A DNA stretch of 64,000 bases from an uncultured Anaerolineaceae bacterium (GTDB lineage Bacteria > Chloroflexota > Anaerolineae > Anaerolineales > E44-bin32): contig CAZGRL010000006.1 in NCBI GenBank assembly GCA_964528155.1, positions 26,648 to 90,647 of the forward strand, in the 5' to 3' direction. Shown in pieces: positions 28,182 through 37,552 of the stretch. The notes under the pieces were generated by a model. That model searched no databases, had not been told where the DNA came from, and saw only the letters and a program-made list of their open reading frames with translations. The position numbers were made by a program, and so were the translations under genes. Numbering within the stretch: position 1 is the first letter of the stretch; every line of letters begins with the position of its first letter.

Positions 28182-28466
28182 ATGCACGTGGCTACGCTGA
28201 CCATAGAGCTCCATTTACCGGATTGCTCGTCGCTGAAGCAGAAGCGCAGCCGCCTCAAGCCGCTCCTGGCCCAGCTTCACCGCGCCTTCAACGTCTCGGC
28301 CGCCGAAATCGGAGACAATGACCGCCATCGATCGGCGATCATCGCCGTCGTGGTCGTGAGCAACGACGCCCGTCATGCACAGCGGCTGCTTTCGGGCGTG
28401 CCAGCGTGGATCGAAAGCCGTCGTCCCGACATCCAGGTCGTGGATCACCAGTTGGCGCTGCTCTGA
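28182..28466 (+). CDS. DUF503 (YlxP-like) protein
   Basis: 94 aa. TIELHLPDCSSLKQKRSRLKPLLAQLHRAFNVSAAE. A candidate promoter TTGCCC-17-TAGACT lies upstream. Confidence 0.75.
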   Translation: MHVATLTIELHLPDCSSLKQKRSRLKPLLAQLHRAFNVSAAEIGDNDRHRSAIIAVVVVSNDARHAQRLLSGVPAWIESRRPDIQVVDHQLALL

Positions 28467-28644
28467 GTCCGCCGTGTTGCTCTAGCCGAAGAACAGATGT
28501 GTGTGTTGTGCCGGGAACCCGCACGGCTGTCTGTCGCCAGTGTGCGCTGACATCAGCCTGAATCCAAACCACGCAACCGAAGCTGCGTGGATTGGAGAGT
28601 GGAAAACGCGGTTGCCAGCCAGCGTTCTCAACAAGATTTGGGGG

Positions 28645-29034
28645 TTACGCCACTTGCTCCGCAGGCTTGAGTGCTCGACGCCTCACAAGCGTTCGCAGTC
28701 GGGAAGATAGCAAGCTGGCGTGAACCGGTTTGATCAGGTAGTCATCCGCCCCGGCGTCCAGAGCGCGGGCAACGCTCCCTGGAGAGCCCAGGGCCGAGAG
28801 GATCAGGATCGGGACATCTGAAAAATCGCGAATCTTCTTGCAGACTTCCCACCCATCCATGCCCGGCATTAGAAGGTCGAGGATGACCACGTCAGGGGGA
28901 GAGGATTGGCACGACCGGACACCCTCCTCGCCCGTCAGCAGCGCCTGGATCTGGAAGTCCTGGCCTCGCAGGAGCATGCGCAGCATGACGGAGAGAACTG
29001 GGTCGTCGTCGATCAATAGAACCTCAATGGCCAT
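28645..29034 (-). CDS. Single-domain CheY-like response regulator
   Basis: VLLIDDDP, DVVILDLLMPGMDG and YLIKP. Confidence 0.85.
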   Translation of the reverse strand: MAIEVLLIDDDPVLSVMLRMLLRGQDFQIQALLTGEEGVRSCQSSPPDVVILDLLMPGMDGWEVCKKIRDFSDVPILILSALGSPGSVARALDAGADDYLIKPVHASLLSSRLRTLVRRRALKPAEQVA

Positions 29035-29291
29035 TTCCTACTCCCATCGTCCGCCAACATTATGGGCCATAACCCCCTGAATTCACCTTACAGGCGCCTT
29101 GCAGTGATCGGGCGGGCTCGCGGCGGCGCCGAAACGGGCGGAATGCCCTCCTGCCTTGGAGCAAGCCTGCCTGGTCGCTCGGCCGGTAGGACCAGCGAAT
29201 GGGCAATAGGAAAACGCGCACGCTTGCCCCTGCCCGGCAGAGAGGCTATGATAGCCTCGTTCAGAGATCCCACGCAGGAAAGGGCGACTCT

Positions 29292-30464
29292 ATGCTGGGT
29301 CCTAGGGGAGATCCGGGACCGCTCGCGTGTCCACAATGTGGCCACACCCTACCACCTGACGCCAGATCTTGCCCCAGCTGTGGAGTAGATCTGGCGCTTC
29401 TGGCGTTGCTGGCGGAACGCGCGTACATCGAAGGTGTGCCCCAGACATCGCCTATCGGATCGACCCCCGAGGCCCTCGTCCCCCGCATTGGAGATTATCT
29501 GCTGGAACAGGGACTCCTCACCCCTGACCAACTGCACGAGGCCCTGGAACGGCAGAAGACCCAGACCGCACAAGGCCAACGTCGGCTTCTCGGCCAGACC
29601 CTGATCGAAATGGGTCTCTTGGACCGAGAGACCCTGGATCGGGCCATCACCCGCCAGATCATCGAGCTACATACCGCACTCCAGGAAGCCAACCGAACAC
29701 TGGAGCGGCGTGTCGCCGAGCGTACCGCCGAGTTGCGGCGCGCGCTCGAGAGGTTGACCGAGATCAACCAGATCAAGGCGAATTTGATTTCGAATGTGTC
29801 ACACGAACTGCGCACACCTTTAGCCCATATCAAGGGCTATGTCGAGCTGATCCATGACGGTGAACTCGGCGCGCTCAGTCCTGAGCAGCAAAAGGCGATG
29901 GGGGTGGTTCAGCAGGGCACCAAGCGCCTTGAGCGTTTGATTGAAGACTTGATCGAGTTCTCAACGGCTTCGCGCGAAGGCCTGTCCCTCAAACTGCAAG
30001 CCGTGGCCCCCGACGAACTGGCCAGGGATGTGATCGACCGTTCCCGCGAGAAGGCGGACAAGGCGGGGGTGTCTCTGGAGTACGCCGTGACCGAGGGGCT
30101 CCCGTCTGTCCGGGCCGATCCTGAGAAGCTCGGCTGGGTTGTCTTCCAACTTGTGGACAACGGGATCAAGTTCACCCCGTCGGGCGGCAAAGTCCGGGTG
30201 GAGGCCGACCAACAGGACAAGATGATCCAGATCTGCGTCAGGGATACCGGCATCGGAATTCCCAGCGAGCGCTTGAGCGAAGTCTTCGAGCCTTTCCATC
30301 AACTTGATGGATCGCCGACCCGCCGCTATGGCGGGACGGGGCTGGGACTGGCACTGGTCAAGTCGATCCTGACGGCCCACGGCGCCGAGATGAAAGTCGA
30401 GACCGAAGAGGGCGTGGGCAGCGCCTTCAGCTTCCCGATGCCGATCATGAACGCCGACTCATGA
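29292..30464 (+). CDS. Cytoplasmic histidine kinase with N-terminal zinc ribbon and GspE-N/MshEN-like domain
   Basis: CPQCGHTLPPDARSCPSCG, then RIGDYLLEQGLLTPDQLHEALERQ and LLGQTLIEMGLLDRETLDRAITRQ, then a coiled coil, HisKA (NVSHELRTPL) and HATPase (DTGIGIP, GGTGLGLA). Start taken at ATG 29292. Confidence 0.85.
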   Translation: MLGPRGDPGPLACPQCGHTLPPDARSCPSCGVDLALLALLAERAYIEGVPQTSPIGSTPEALVPRIGDYLLEQGLLTPDQLHEALERQKTQTAQGQRRLLGQTLIEMGLLDRETLDRAITRQIIELHTALQEANRTLERRVAERTAELRRALERLTEINQIKANLISNVSHELRTPLAHIKGYVELIHDGELGALSPEQQKAMGVVQQGTKRLERLIEDLIEFSTASREGLSLKLQAVAPDELARDVIDRSREKADKAGVSLEYAVTEGLPSVRADPEKLGWVVFQLVDNGIKFTPSGGKVRVEADQQDKMIQICVRDTGIGIPSERLSEVFEPFHQLDGSPTRRYGGTGLGLALVKSILTAHGAEMKVETEEGVGSAFSFPMPIMNADS

Positions 30465-31741
30465 CCGGACCGCTTGTACCCCCTGGCCCCCTCACCCACG
30501 GCACCGAACTCAACGCCGTCTATGCCATCGCTCGAATCGTGGCCGAGACCTTCGACACCGAATCGGGGTTGGATGCGGTGTTCCGGCTGGCGCACACGAT
30601 TTTCATTTTCGACGTCGTAGCGCTCTACCTGCAAAACGAAGAAACCTCCGATCTGGAGCCGACATATGCCCGGGCACTCGGCCGGGGCAGGACGCGCGAA
30701 GCCGACCTGACCTGGGGGGAACCGGCGGCGATCGAGGCCTTCCGCACCGGGCAGACCATCCTGCGCCAGGAAGATGTCGGGCCGGCGGTCGAGGGACGCG
30801 AGCGCCGCCGCGACTATCTCGGTCTGCCGCTGATGGTCGGGGGCCGCTGTGTCGGTGGGCTGGTTTTCGGACGATTTGGCGGCCCGGCCTTCCCCTCCGA
30901 GCACATCCGGCTCGCGGAATTCGTCGCCTGGCATGTCGGTCAGCTGCTCGAGAACCGGCGCATGGCAAGCCGGATCGCCACTCTCGAGGCCCAACGCGAG
31001 TTGGCCCGGATGCAGGATGAGTTCGTCTCCACCATTTCACACGAGCTCCGCACGCCTTTGGGGTTCATCAAGGGCTATGTCACCACGCTCTTGCGCGAGG
31101 AGACGAAATGGGATGCCGAGACGCGGAGTGAATTCCTGCGGATCATTGACGACGAAGCTGATCGCCTGAGTGAATTGATCGACAACCTGCTCGATTCCTC
31201 ACGCCTTGAGACCGGCCGGCTGAGCATGACCCAAGAACCGACGCGCATCGCCACCCTCGTTCGCGATGCCGCCTCGCGCACCCGATCGATGTTTCCTGAC
31301 ATCGAACTAACGGTGGCCGTCGATGACGATCTCCCGCTTCTGCTGGTCGATTCGACCCGCATCGCCCAGGTCATCGACAACCTGCTTTCCAACGCACGCA
31401 AGTACGCGCCGGGAGCGCCGGTGACGATTCGGGCTACCAGACAGGACAAGAAGATCTCGCTCGAGGTCGCCGATGAGGGCGAAGGGATTCCTCAAGAGCA
31501 TATCTCCCACCTGTTCGAGCGCTTCTACCGCGTCCCCAACAACAATCGGGCTGTCCGGGGCACAGGACTGGGGCTCTACATTTGCAGAAAGATCGTCGAG
31601 GCCCACGGAGGCGAGATATGGGTCGAGAGCGCCCCCGGCCAGGGCACGAGATTCTTCTTCACCCTGCCCATAGCGTCTCCGCTTGAGCAGCCCGAGCTGG
31701 AGGAGGAACATGAGCCAGACCAAGACCATCCTGGTCGTTGA
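30461..31741 (+). CDS. GAF-domain histidine kinase
   Basis: ATGA overlap with the upstream kinase. GAF-like N-terminus, HisKA (TISHELRTPLGFIKGY) and HATPase (DEGEGIP, GTGLGLYICRKIV). Confidence 0.85.
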   Translation: MTGPLVPPGPLTHGTELNAVYAIARIVAETFDTESGLDAVFRLAHTIFIFDVVALYLQNEETSDLEPTYARALGRGRTREADLTWGEPAAIEAFRTGQTILRQEDVGPAVEGRERRRDYLGLPLMVGGRCVGGLVFGRFGGPAFPSEHIRLAEFVAWHVGQLLENRRMASRIATLEAQRELARMQDEFVSTISHELRTPLGFIKGYVTTLLREETKWDAETRSEFLRIIDDEADRLSELIDNLLDSSRLETGRLSMTQEPTRIATLVRDAASRTRSMFPDIELTVAVDDDLPLLLVDSTRIAQVIDNLLSNARKYAPGAPVTIRATRQDKKISLEVADEGEGIPQEHISHLFERFYRVPNNNRAVRGTGLGLYICRKIVEAHGGEIWVESAPGQGTRFFFTLPIASPLEQPELEEEHEPDQDHPGR

Positions 31742-32423
31742 CGACGAACCGCGCTATGTTCGACTGGTCGAAGTTAATCTGACGACGGAGGGGTACACCG
31801 TCGAGACGGCCAGCAATGGTCAACAGGCGGTGGAGTCAGTGGCCGCGCGTCAACCGGACCTGGTGCTCCTCGACGTCATGATGCCGATCATGGATGGTTT
31901 CACGGCTTGCGAACGGATCCGAGAGTTCTCTACCCTACCGATCATCATCTTGACCGCCAAGGGCGAAGAGAGAGATCGGGTTCGCGGTTTGGATGCCGGC
32001 GCCGATGACTACATCGTCAAACCCTTCTCCGCCCAGGAACTGCTGGCGAGAGTTCGTGCGGTCCTCCGCCGGGCCGAGCGACAGTCCTCGGGCGACTTCC
32101 ATCAACCCGTGTTCACGCACTACGAGTTGGAGATCGACCTACCGCGGGCAATGGTGACGACGGACGGGAGCCCGGTATCTCTGACGGCGACCGAGTATCG
32201 CTTGCTCCAAACGATGGCTGCCGCCATCGGCAAGGTTCTCACACCCGAGGAGTTGTTGTCGAACGTCTGGGGGCCGGAATATCGGGATGACAAGGAGATC
32301 CTCTGGGTCTGTCTGAGTCGCTTGCGCCAGAAGATCGAGGTCGATCCAAAGAGTCCCGTGCATATCGTCACCCGCCAGGGACTTGGCTACTTGATGCCGC
32401 CCGAAGAACAGCCTGCCGCCTGA
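31710..32423 (+). CDS. OmpR/PhoB-family response regulator
   Basis: ILVVDDEP, DLVLLDVMMPIMDG and a winged-helix C-terminus (LTATEYRLLQ...VTRQGLGYL). ATG 31710 follows GGAGGAGGA. Confidence 0.88.
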   Translation: MSQTKTILVVDDEPRYVRLVEVNLTTEGYTVETASNGQQAVESVAARQPDLVLLDVMMPIMDGFTACERIREFSTLPIIILTAKGEERDRVRGLDAGADDYIVKPFSAQELLARVRAVLRRAERQSSGDFHQPVFTHYELEIDLPRAMVTTDGSPVSLTATEYRLLQTMAAAIGKVLTPEELLSNVWGPEYRDDKEILWVCLSRLRQKIEVDPKSPVHIVTRQGLGYLMPPEEQPAA

Positions 32424-32454
32424 GGCGTCCGGTGATCATCCGTAGCAGAACAGT

Positions 32455-32478
32455 CAGGCGCCCTTTCGAAGGCGCCTG
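32455..32478 (+). terminator. Hairpin after the response-regulator gene
   Basis: CAGGCGCC ctttcgaa GGCGCCTG followed by TCGTTGTCTTG. The T-tract is weak. Confidence 0.45.
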
Positions 32479-32647
32479 TCGTTGTCTTGACCGCGAAGGA
32501 GGCGAAGTCAGGCGGCCGGGATCGGCGGCTGGGATCAGTCGACTCAGACAGCCGACCGGCCGTATGTCGGACACCTGCGATCTACCATGCACCCTTCGCG
32601 AATCTTAGTTCTGCTATAATCCGCACGCGTCCATACGGAGATTGTCC

Positions 32648-33319
32648 ATGGCCGACAAACAGATGCTTTCTCTGCGTAGCAAGATCCTCGGGGCGATCAT
32701 GAAAAAGGCGCGGGTGGCGGCGGGAAAAAGCCTGTCCGACATGTCGGCGTTGATTGGGGAAACCAGTGGAAGCTTGTCTTCAATGGAGCGCGGTTCTCGA
32801 GCCATCTCCTTGCCCCAACTCGAGCTTTTCGCGTACCACCTGGACATCCCGCTCGGCCACTTTCTTGGCGACGATGAAGCTCTGGTCGAGGAGAAAGAAG
32901 ACCTGAATCCCACGATCGTCGTCGCGCTGAGACAGCGGATGATCGGCGCATTGCTCAGAACGCATCGGACCGAGGCGGGCTTGAGCATGCGCGAGTTGGC
33001 CGAGATGTCGGGCCTGTCTTCGCGGAGGATCTCTTCCTACGAGCAGGGGGAAAGGCCGATCCCGCTTCCCGAACTCGAAGCCCTGGCCGCGTCCCTTGGA
33101 CGGGTGGTCGAGGACTACGTCGATCTCGAGGGTCCTGTGGGGGAATGGCGGTCGCGCCGACGGGCCTTCGAAGCATTCCTGGAACTCCCCATCGAATTGC
33201 GCGAGTTCCTGGGCGAGCCCACGAACCGACCCTATCTCGACCTCGCCCGTAATCTGAGCGCGGTCTCGATCGACAGGCTTCGTGCCCTCGGCCAGGGACT
33301 GCTCGATATCACGCTGTGA
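32648..33319 (+). CDS. Tandem XRE-family helix-turn-helix protein
   Basis: Two HTH_XRE modules (KKARVAAGKSLSDMSALIGETSGSLSSMERG and RTHRTEAGLSMRELAEMSGLSSRRISSYEQG). ATG 32648 lies 7 nt after GGAGA. Confidence 0.8.
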   Translation: MADKQMLSLRSKILGAIMKKARVAAGKSLSDMSALIGETSGSLSSMERGSRAISLPQLELFAYHLDIPLGHFLGDDEALVEEKEDLNPTIVVALRQRMIGALLRTHRTEAGLSMRELAEMSGLSSRRISSYEQGERPIPLPELEALAASLGRVVEDYVDLEGPVGEWRSRRRAFEAFLELPIELREFLGEPTNRPYLDLARNLSAVSIDRLRALGQGLLDITL

Positions 33320-33861
33320 ACACATCGCCATCGATTGGCACGGAACAAGAAGCTCTAGGCCTGAGGCACTACGAAGCAGGCGATCTCGAGGCTGCGATCG
33401 TCCACTTCACTCAGGCGAGACAGGCCTACGAAGCAGCCGGGGACAAGCACAAGTCGCTTGAGGTTCGCAACAGCTTGAGTGTAACGTTGGTTCGAGCGGG
33501 ACGACCACTCGAGGCTCTGGAGGAGGTAGAAGGCAGTCCCCAGGCATTCGACGAACTTGGAGATCGATCGAGCGCCGCCAAGGCATTTGGGAATCTGGCC
33601 TCCGCCCAGGAGGCCTGTGGGGATCACGCCGCGGCCGAGGCGAGCTACCGCCTGGCCGCTGAACGCTTCGCCGAACTGGGCGATCGCGAGAATCACAATT
33701 TCACCATGAAGGCGCTCTCGCAGCTTCAGCTGCGACGCGGTCAACCCCTGATGGCCGCCCTTAGCCTGCAATCCGCCCTCGAGGACAAGCCAAACCCCGG
33801 ACTGCGCGAGCGTTGGATACTCAGGCTGCTCAAAGTCCCGTTTCGACTTCTGCGGGGCTGA
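33316..33861 (+). CDS. TPR-repeat protein
   Basis: GTG start overlaps the upstream stop (GTGA). Repeated A-x-x-Y/F-x-x-A helical hairpins (LGLRHYEAGDLEAAIVHFTQARQAYEAAGD...). Confidence 0.6.
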   Translation: MNTSPSIGTEQEALGLRHYEAGDLEAAIVHFTQARQAYEAAGDKHKSLEVRNSLSVTLVRAGRPLEALEEVEGSPQAFDELGDRSSAAKAFGNLASAQEACGDHAAAEASYRLAAERFAELGDRENHNFTMKALSQLQLRRGQPLMAALSLQSALEDKPNPGLRERWILRLLKVPFRLLRG

Positions 33862-33862
33862 C

Positions 33863-34783
33863 TTGCGACTTTCGATACCATCAAGACGGAATCGCCCGCC
33901 GGCGACGGTGCGCCCAGCCGTCGAAGCCGATCGGGCCGCGATCACTGAGCTGATCTCCACCGCGCGCTGGAAACACCAACACCTTGACTGGGCCGACACG
34001 CTCGGTGTGATCGGCCAGCAACCACTCCTCACGGCCTACGATGGTTCGCGTCTGATCGGCGTGATGGGCTTCCCTCCCGACCCGCCCGGGGTCGCCTGGC
34101 TGCGCATATTCGCCGTAGCTCGGGGCCATTCCCCGAAAGTCGTGTGGGACCGCATGTGGACACGGGCTTCGATTCTTGCGGCCCAGATTGGGATCGAGGA
34201 TCTTGCCGCGCTCGATATCGGCGGCTGGCTCCACACGTTGCTTAAGCGCTCGGGGTTTCGCCAAACCACCGAGGTCATGTTCATGGAGTGGAATGGCTCA
34301 CGCCCACCGGATTCACCGCGCCCGATCGATGGATTGCGAACACTGGAACATCGAGACTTGCAGGAGTTGGCCGGACTTGACAGCCGCGCATTCGGCCCGA
34401 TCTGGCAGCACTCACAGAAGGTACTTGCCCTGGCTTTGCAGCAGGCGTCTATGGCAAGCGTCGTCGAACGTGACGGAAATCTTGTCGCCTATCAGATTTC
34501 AACCGCTTCGGCCTATGGCGCACACCTGGCTCGCCTGGCTGTGGATCCAGACTGGCAGAATCGGGGGATAGGTTCGAACCTCGTGATCGAGGTCCTGAGG
34601 CAGTTTGCCCTCCAGGGCTTCATGCGGGTCACCCTCAACACTCAGGCCGACAACATGCAAGGCCTGAGGTTGTACCAACGGCTCGGTTTCTCGGAGACCG
34701 GTCAGCGGTTCCCGGTTTATCAGGTCAGACTCGATCGACCGACCAAACCTTCACGTCATCTGACACGAGATCTGCAGTCTTGA
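33863..34783 (+). CDS. Two-domain GNAT acetyltransferase
   Basis: The C-terminal domain has LAVDPDWQNRGIGSNLV and LYQRLGF. The N-terminal half is also GNAT-like. Start is TTG 33863 or GTG 33908. Confidence 0.7.
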   Translation: MRLSIPSRRNRPPATVRPAVEADRAAITELISTARWKHQHLDWADTLGVIGQQPLLTAYDGSRLIGVMGFPPDPPGVAWLRIFAVARGHSPKVVWDRMWTRASILAAQIGIEDLAALDIGGWLHTLLKRSGFRQTTEVMFMEWNGSRPPDSPRPIDGLRTLEHRDLQELAGLDSRAFGPIWQHSQKVLALALQQASMASVVERDGNLVAYQISTASAYGAHLARLAVDPDWQNRGIGSNLVIEVLRQFALQGFMRVTLNTQADNMQGLRLYQRLGFSETGQRFPVYQVRLDRPTKPSRHLTRDLQS

Positions 34784-34894
34784 TCCGTCGATTGGCATAT
34801 GGTGCATCATGCAGAGCACGCGCCCGGGCGCGATGAGGACGGCTTGCTCGGCCGAATGACCAAAACGCAATTACTGCCGTTGGGGAGGGGTTGA

Positions 34895-35383
34895 GTGACT
34901 GGCGAAGGGGCCGAACTTTCCGTGAGTGCTCGGCGCGTCCAGGATGCGCTGGCAGAGCTGGGTTTCGAGTTGAACGTGATCGAGCTACCTCAGAGTACGC
35001 GCAGCGCCAAAGATGCGGCGCAGGCCGTCGGATGCGAGGTCGGTCAAATCGCGAAATCGCTTGTCTTCAGTCGAGGGGCCGGCGGGGAGGCGATTCTGGT
35101 CATCGCCAGCGGAGCCAACCGTGTGGACGAGGCCAGGCTTTCAGACGAGGTCGGCGAGTCGGTGAGCATCTCAACTGCCAAGGACGTGCGTCGACAGACG
35201 GGTTTTGCCATCGGCGGCGTTCCTCCGGTCGGGCACATCACACAGCTTTCAACCTACATCGACGAGGACCTTCTGGCGTATGACGAGATTTGGGCAGCCG
35301 CTGGAACCCCGAACGCAGTCTTCAGACTCAATCCGGCCGACCTGGTGAGAATGACGGCCGGCAGGGTCATCAAGATCCGCTAG
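34895..35383 (+). CDS. YbaK/EbsC-type aminoacyl-tRNA editing domain protein
   Basis: 162 aa. TRSAKDAAQAVGCEVGQIAKSLVF and GFAIGGVPPVGH. Confidence 0.8.
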   Translation: MTGEGAELSVSARRVQDALAELGFELNVIELPQSTRSAKDAAQAVGCEVGQIAKSLVFSRGAGGEAILVIASGANRVDEARLSDEVGESVSISTAKDVRRQTGFAIGGVPPVGHITQLSTYIDEDLLAYDEIWAAAGTPNAVFRLNPADLVRMTAGRVIKIR

Positions 35384-35439
35384 ATCACCCGATCAATCTG
35401 CGATTGGCGCGAGAGCTCCGGCAAGTGGCAGCGGAGCAG

Positions 35440-35880
35440 CTACGCAGTGGCCAGTAGAGGTCGAATCGTTTCTCGGAGTTCGCGGGCAGTGAACGGCTTG
35501 GGCAAGAAGGCGTTCGCCCCGGCCTGTAATGCTGCCGCCCGGTCCTCTTCCAGCACTCGAGCGCTGACGACCACCGCCGGAATCCGTGACCAAGACGGCT
35601 CGGATCGCAGGCTACGGACCAGGTCCAGGCCGTCGATATCGGGCATCATCACATCCGTCAGGATCAGATCCGGCGCTTTGTGGGCAAGAGCCGCCAGTGC
35701 CTGGATGACACTGTGGGCTTCCGAGACAAGCATTCCATCGATGCTCAAGATCTCTTTGACAACCTGACAGAAGTCGGGCTCGTCATCGACAACAAGCACA
35801 GAGGCCCGGCTCCCTGGTTGGGCCTCTCGTTCCGGCCGCATCGCCGTTTGGCTTTCCTTCTCGGGCTCTCCGGACACCAT
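35440..35880 (-). CDS. Single-domain CheY-like response regulator
   Basis: VLVVDDEPD, DLILTDVMMPDIDG and FLPKPF. The start may be an internal Met. Confidence 0.85.
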   Translation of the reverse strand: MVSGEPEKESQTAMRPEREAQPGSRASVLVVDDEPDFCQVVKEILSIDGMLVSEAHSVIQALAALAHKAPDLILTDVMMPDIDGLDLVRSLRSEPSWSRIPAVVVSARVLEEDRAAALQAGANAFLPKPFTARELRETIRPLLATA

Positions 35881-36143
35881 CGCACCCTCCCTTCCAGACC
35901 ACAGCCGGGCCTGACCTGCAACTCCGACCCTTCGGGCCTGCTGCGGTTTCTACCGTAGTCGCCTGTTCGCGCTCCTGACTGACGGTCGTGTCCGCAGTCT
36001 CCCGCTGCGGCGCAACTTCTGACGCGTGAGGCGTCTCGAATAGCGCTGCCCCCTTGGGAGGCGATCCTATCTTGAGCTTGAGGTTGAATCTATCCCCTCG
36101 CCGACTCCGTCGTTCCCTCGGGAGACAGTGATGCGATCTGGGT

Positions 36144-36380
36144 CTACCTGGAGAGCAAAAACGTCACGATGATGAGACCACCCTGGAAACTGACGTCGTG
36201 CGAGTGGATCGTCCAGCCTCCGCCGTCGAGGCTATCGAGCGCAGGCCGGATTCTGGCGGATATCTTGTGCATCGCCGCCTCGACAGCCGGACCTTGATCG
36301 CTCAGTGTATCAAGGAGACCGGGCACGAGAAATCGCGTCGTCTCGACCAGGAACCGGTACTCCGTTGGTTGCTCAGGCAT
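36144..36380 (-). CDS. Small hypothetical protein (78 aa)
   Basis: ATG 36380 lies 8 nt after AAGGAG. Sequence begins MPEQPTEYRFLVETTRFLVPGLLD. I recognise no family. Confidence 0.45.
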   Translation of the reverse strand: MPEQPTEYRFLVETTRFLVPGLLDTLSDQGPAVEAAMHKISARIRPALDSLDGGGWTIHSHDVSFQGGLIIVTFLLSR

Positions 36381-36539
36381 TCTCGGTGCTCCTTGGCGAA
36401 TTGAACTCACCACATAACCGCAACGGCCTGCGAGTATAGCGCAAGTCGGGTGGCACGCCACCCATCGGGAGATCGCCTGTCGGAGGAGGAGACGGCCGAA
36501 GCCGCTTGAGGTTGTGTCGAGCTTCCTGGAATCTTTCCG

Positions 36540-37322
36540 TCACTCCGCACGTTTTTCGGCTGATAGCCGATATAGACCCTCCAGAATATCCACCGGGACG
36601 GGGAAGATGATCGTGCTATTCTTCTCAACCGAGATCTCGTTCAGCGTCTGCAGATAGCGAAGTTGAACGGAGATGGGGTGCTGCGACATCAGATCGGCTG
36701 CCTCCGTCAGCTTCACCGCCGCGGCCAGCTCGCCTTCGGCGTGGACGATCTTGGCCCGCTTCTCACGCTCGGCTTCAGCCTGTTTGGCCATCGCCCGCTG
36801 CATTGTCTGCGGCAATTCGACATCTTTGACCTCGACAATGCCGACTTTGACGCCCCAAGGCTCTGTCGTTTCGTCGATGATCTGCTGAAGTCGTGCGTTG
36901 ATCTTCTCTCGGTTTGAGAGCAGATCATCCAGGTCGAATTGACCGAGGACGTTGCGCAGCGTCGTTTGGGCGATGTTCCAGGTTGCTCGTTTGTAGTCTT
37001 CAACCTGTACAACCGATGCGCTGGGATCGATCACGCGGAAGAACACCACGGCGTTGACCTTGACCGTGACGTTGTCCTTGGTGATCGCTTCTTGCGAAGG
37101 GACGTCCAGGGTGATCACCCGAAGGTCGACTTTGACCATGCGGTCGATGATCGGAATGATGATGAACAGACCTGGACCTCGGGGGCCGGCCAACCGTCCG
37201 AGCCTGAAGATCACGCCACGCTCATACTCCTGGACGATCTTGATCGCTGATCCCAGGAAGGCCACCAGGAGAAGGACCAAGAAAAGGACCGGAAGACTTA
37301 GGACTTCGAGTAGCAGTTGCAT
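36540..37322 (-). CDS. SPFH/band-7 (stomatin/prohibitin-like) protein
   Basis: N-terminal TM segment, then [28 protein letters not shown], and the [11 protein letters not shown] coiled-coil tail. Confidence 0.88.
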   Translation of the reverse strand: MQLLLEVLSLPVLFLVLLLVAFLGSAIKIVQEYERGVIFRLGRLAGPRGPGLFIIIPIIDRMVKVDLRVITLDVPSQEAITKDNVTVKVNAVVFFRVIDPSASVVQVEDYKRATWNIAQTTLRNVLGQFDLDDLLSNREKINARLQQIIDETTEPWGVKVGIVEVKDVELPQTMQRAMAKQAEAEREKRAKIVHAEGELAAAVKLTEAADLMSQHPISVQLRYLQTLNEISVEKNSTIIFPVPVDILEGLYRLSAEKRAE

Positions 37323-37552
37323 GTAGACATCTCCTTTGATGCATGCACGACGGGCGATCTCGATTGCCGGCCGTGCGCTGTTTCATGGTCCGAGGGGCGC
37401 CCTGAGTGAAGCGGCCACCTTGGTCCCCCTCACGATTCGACTCACGACTGGGTGCTGACGCGTGTCACATTAGATTGTACACTCCCAATGCTACAATTCG
37501 ACCGTCGCACTTGCCGGGATGCAGGCAGGAGCGAGAAAGGAAAGGTTGCAGC

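Noticed and set aside
28564-28595. Hairpin CCAAACCACGCA-accgaagc-TGCGTGGATTGG, and the nearby GATTTGGGGG string, as further members of the palindrome family.
   Set aside because: The stem has a mismatch and the sequence shares only about 8 nt with B and D. It is best explained as an ordinary terminator between the convergent DUF503 and response-regulator genes.
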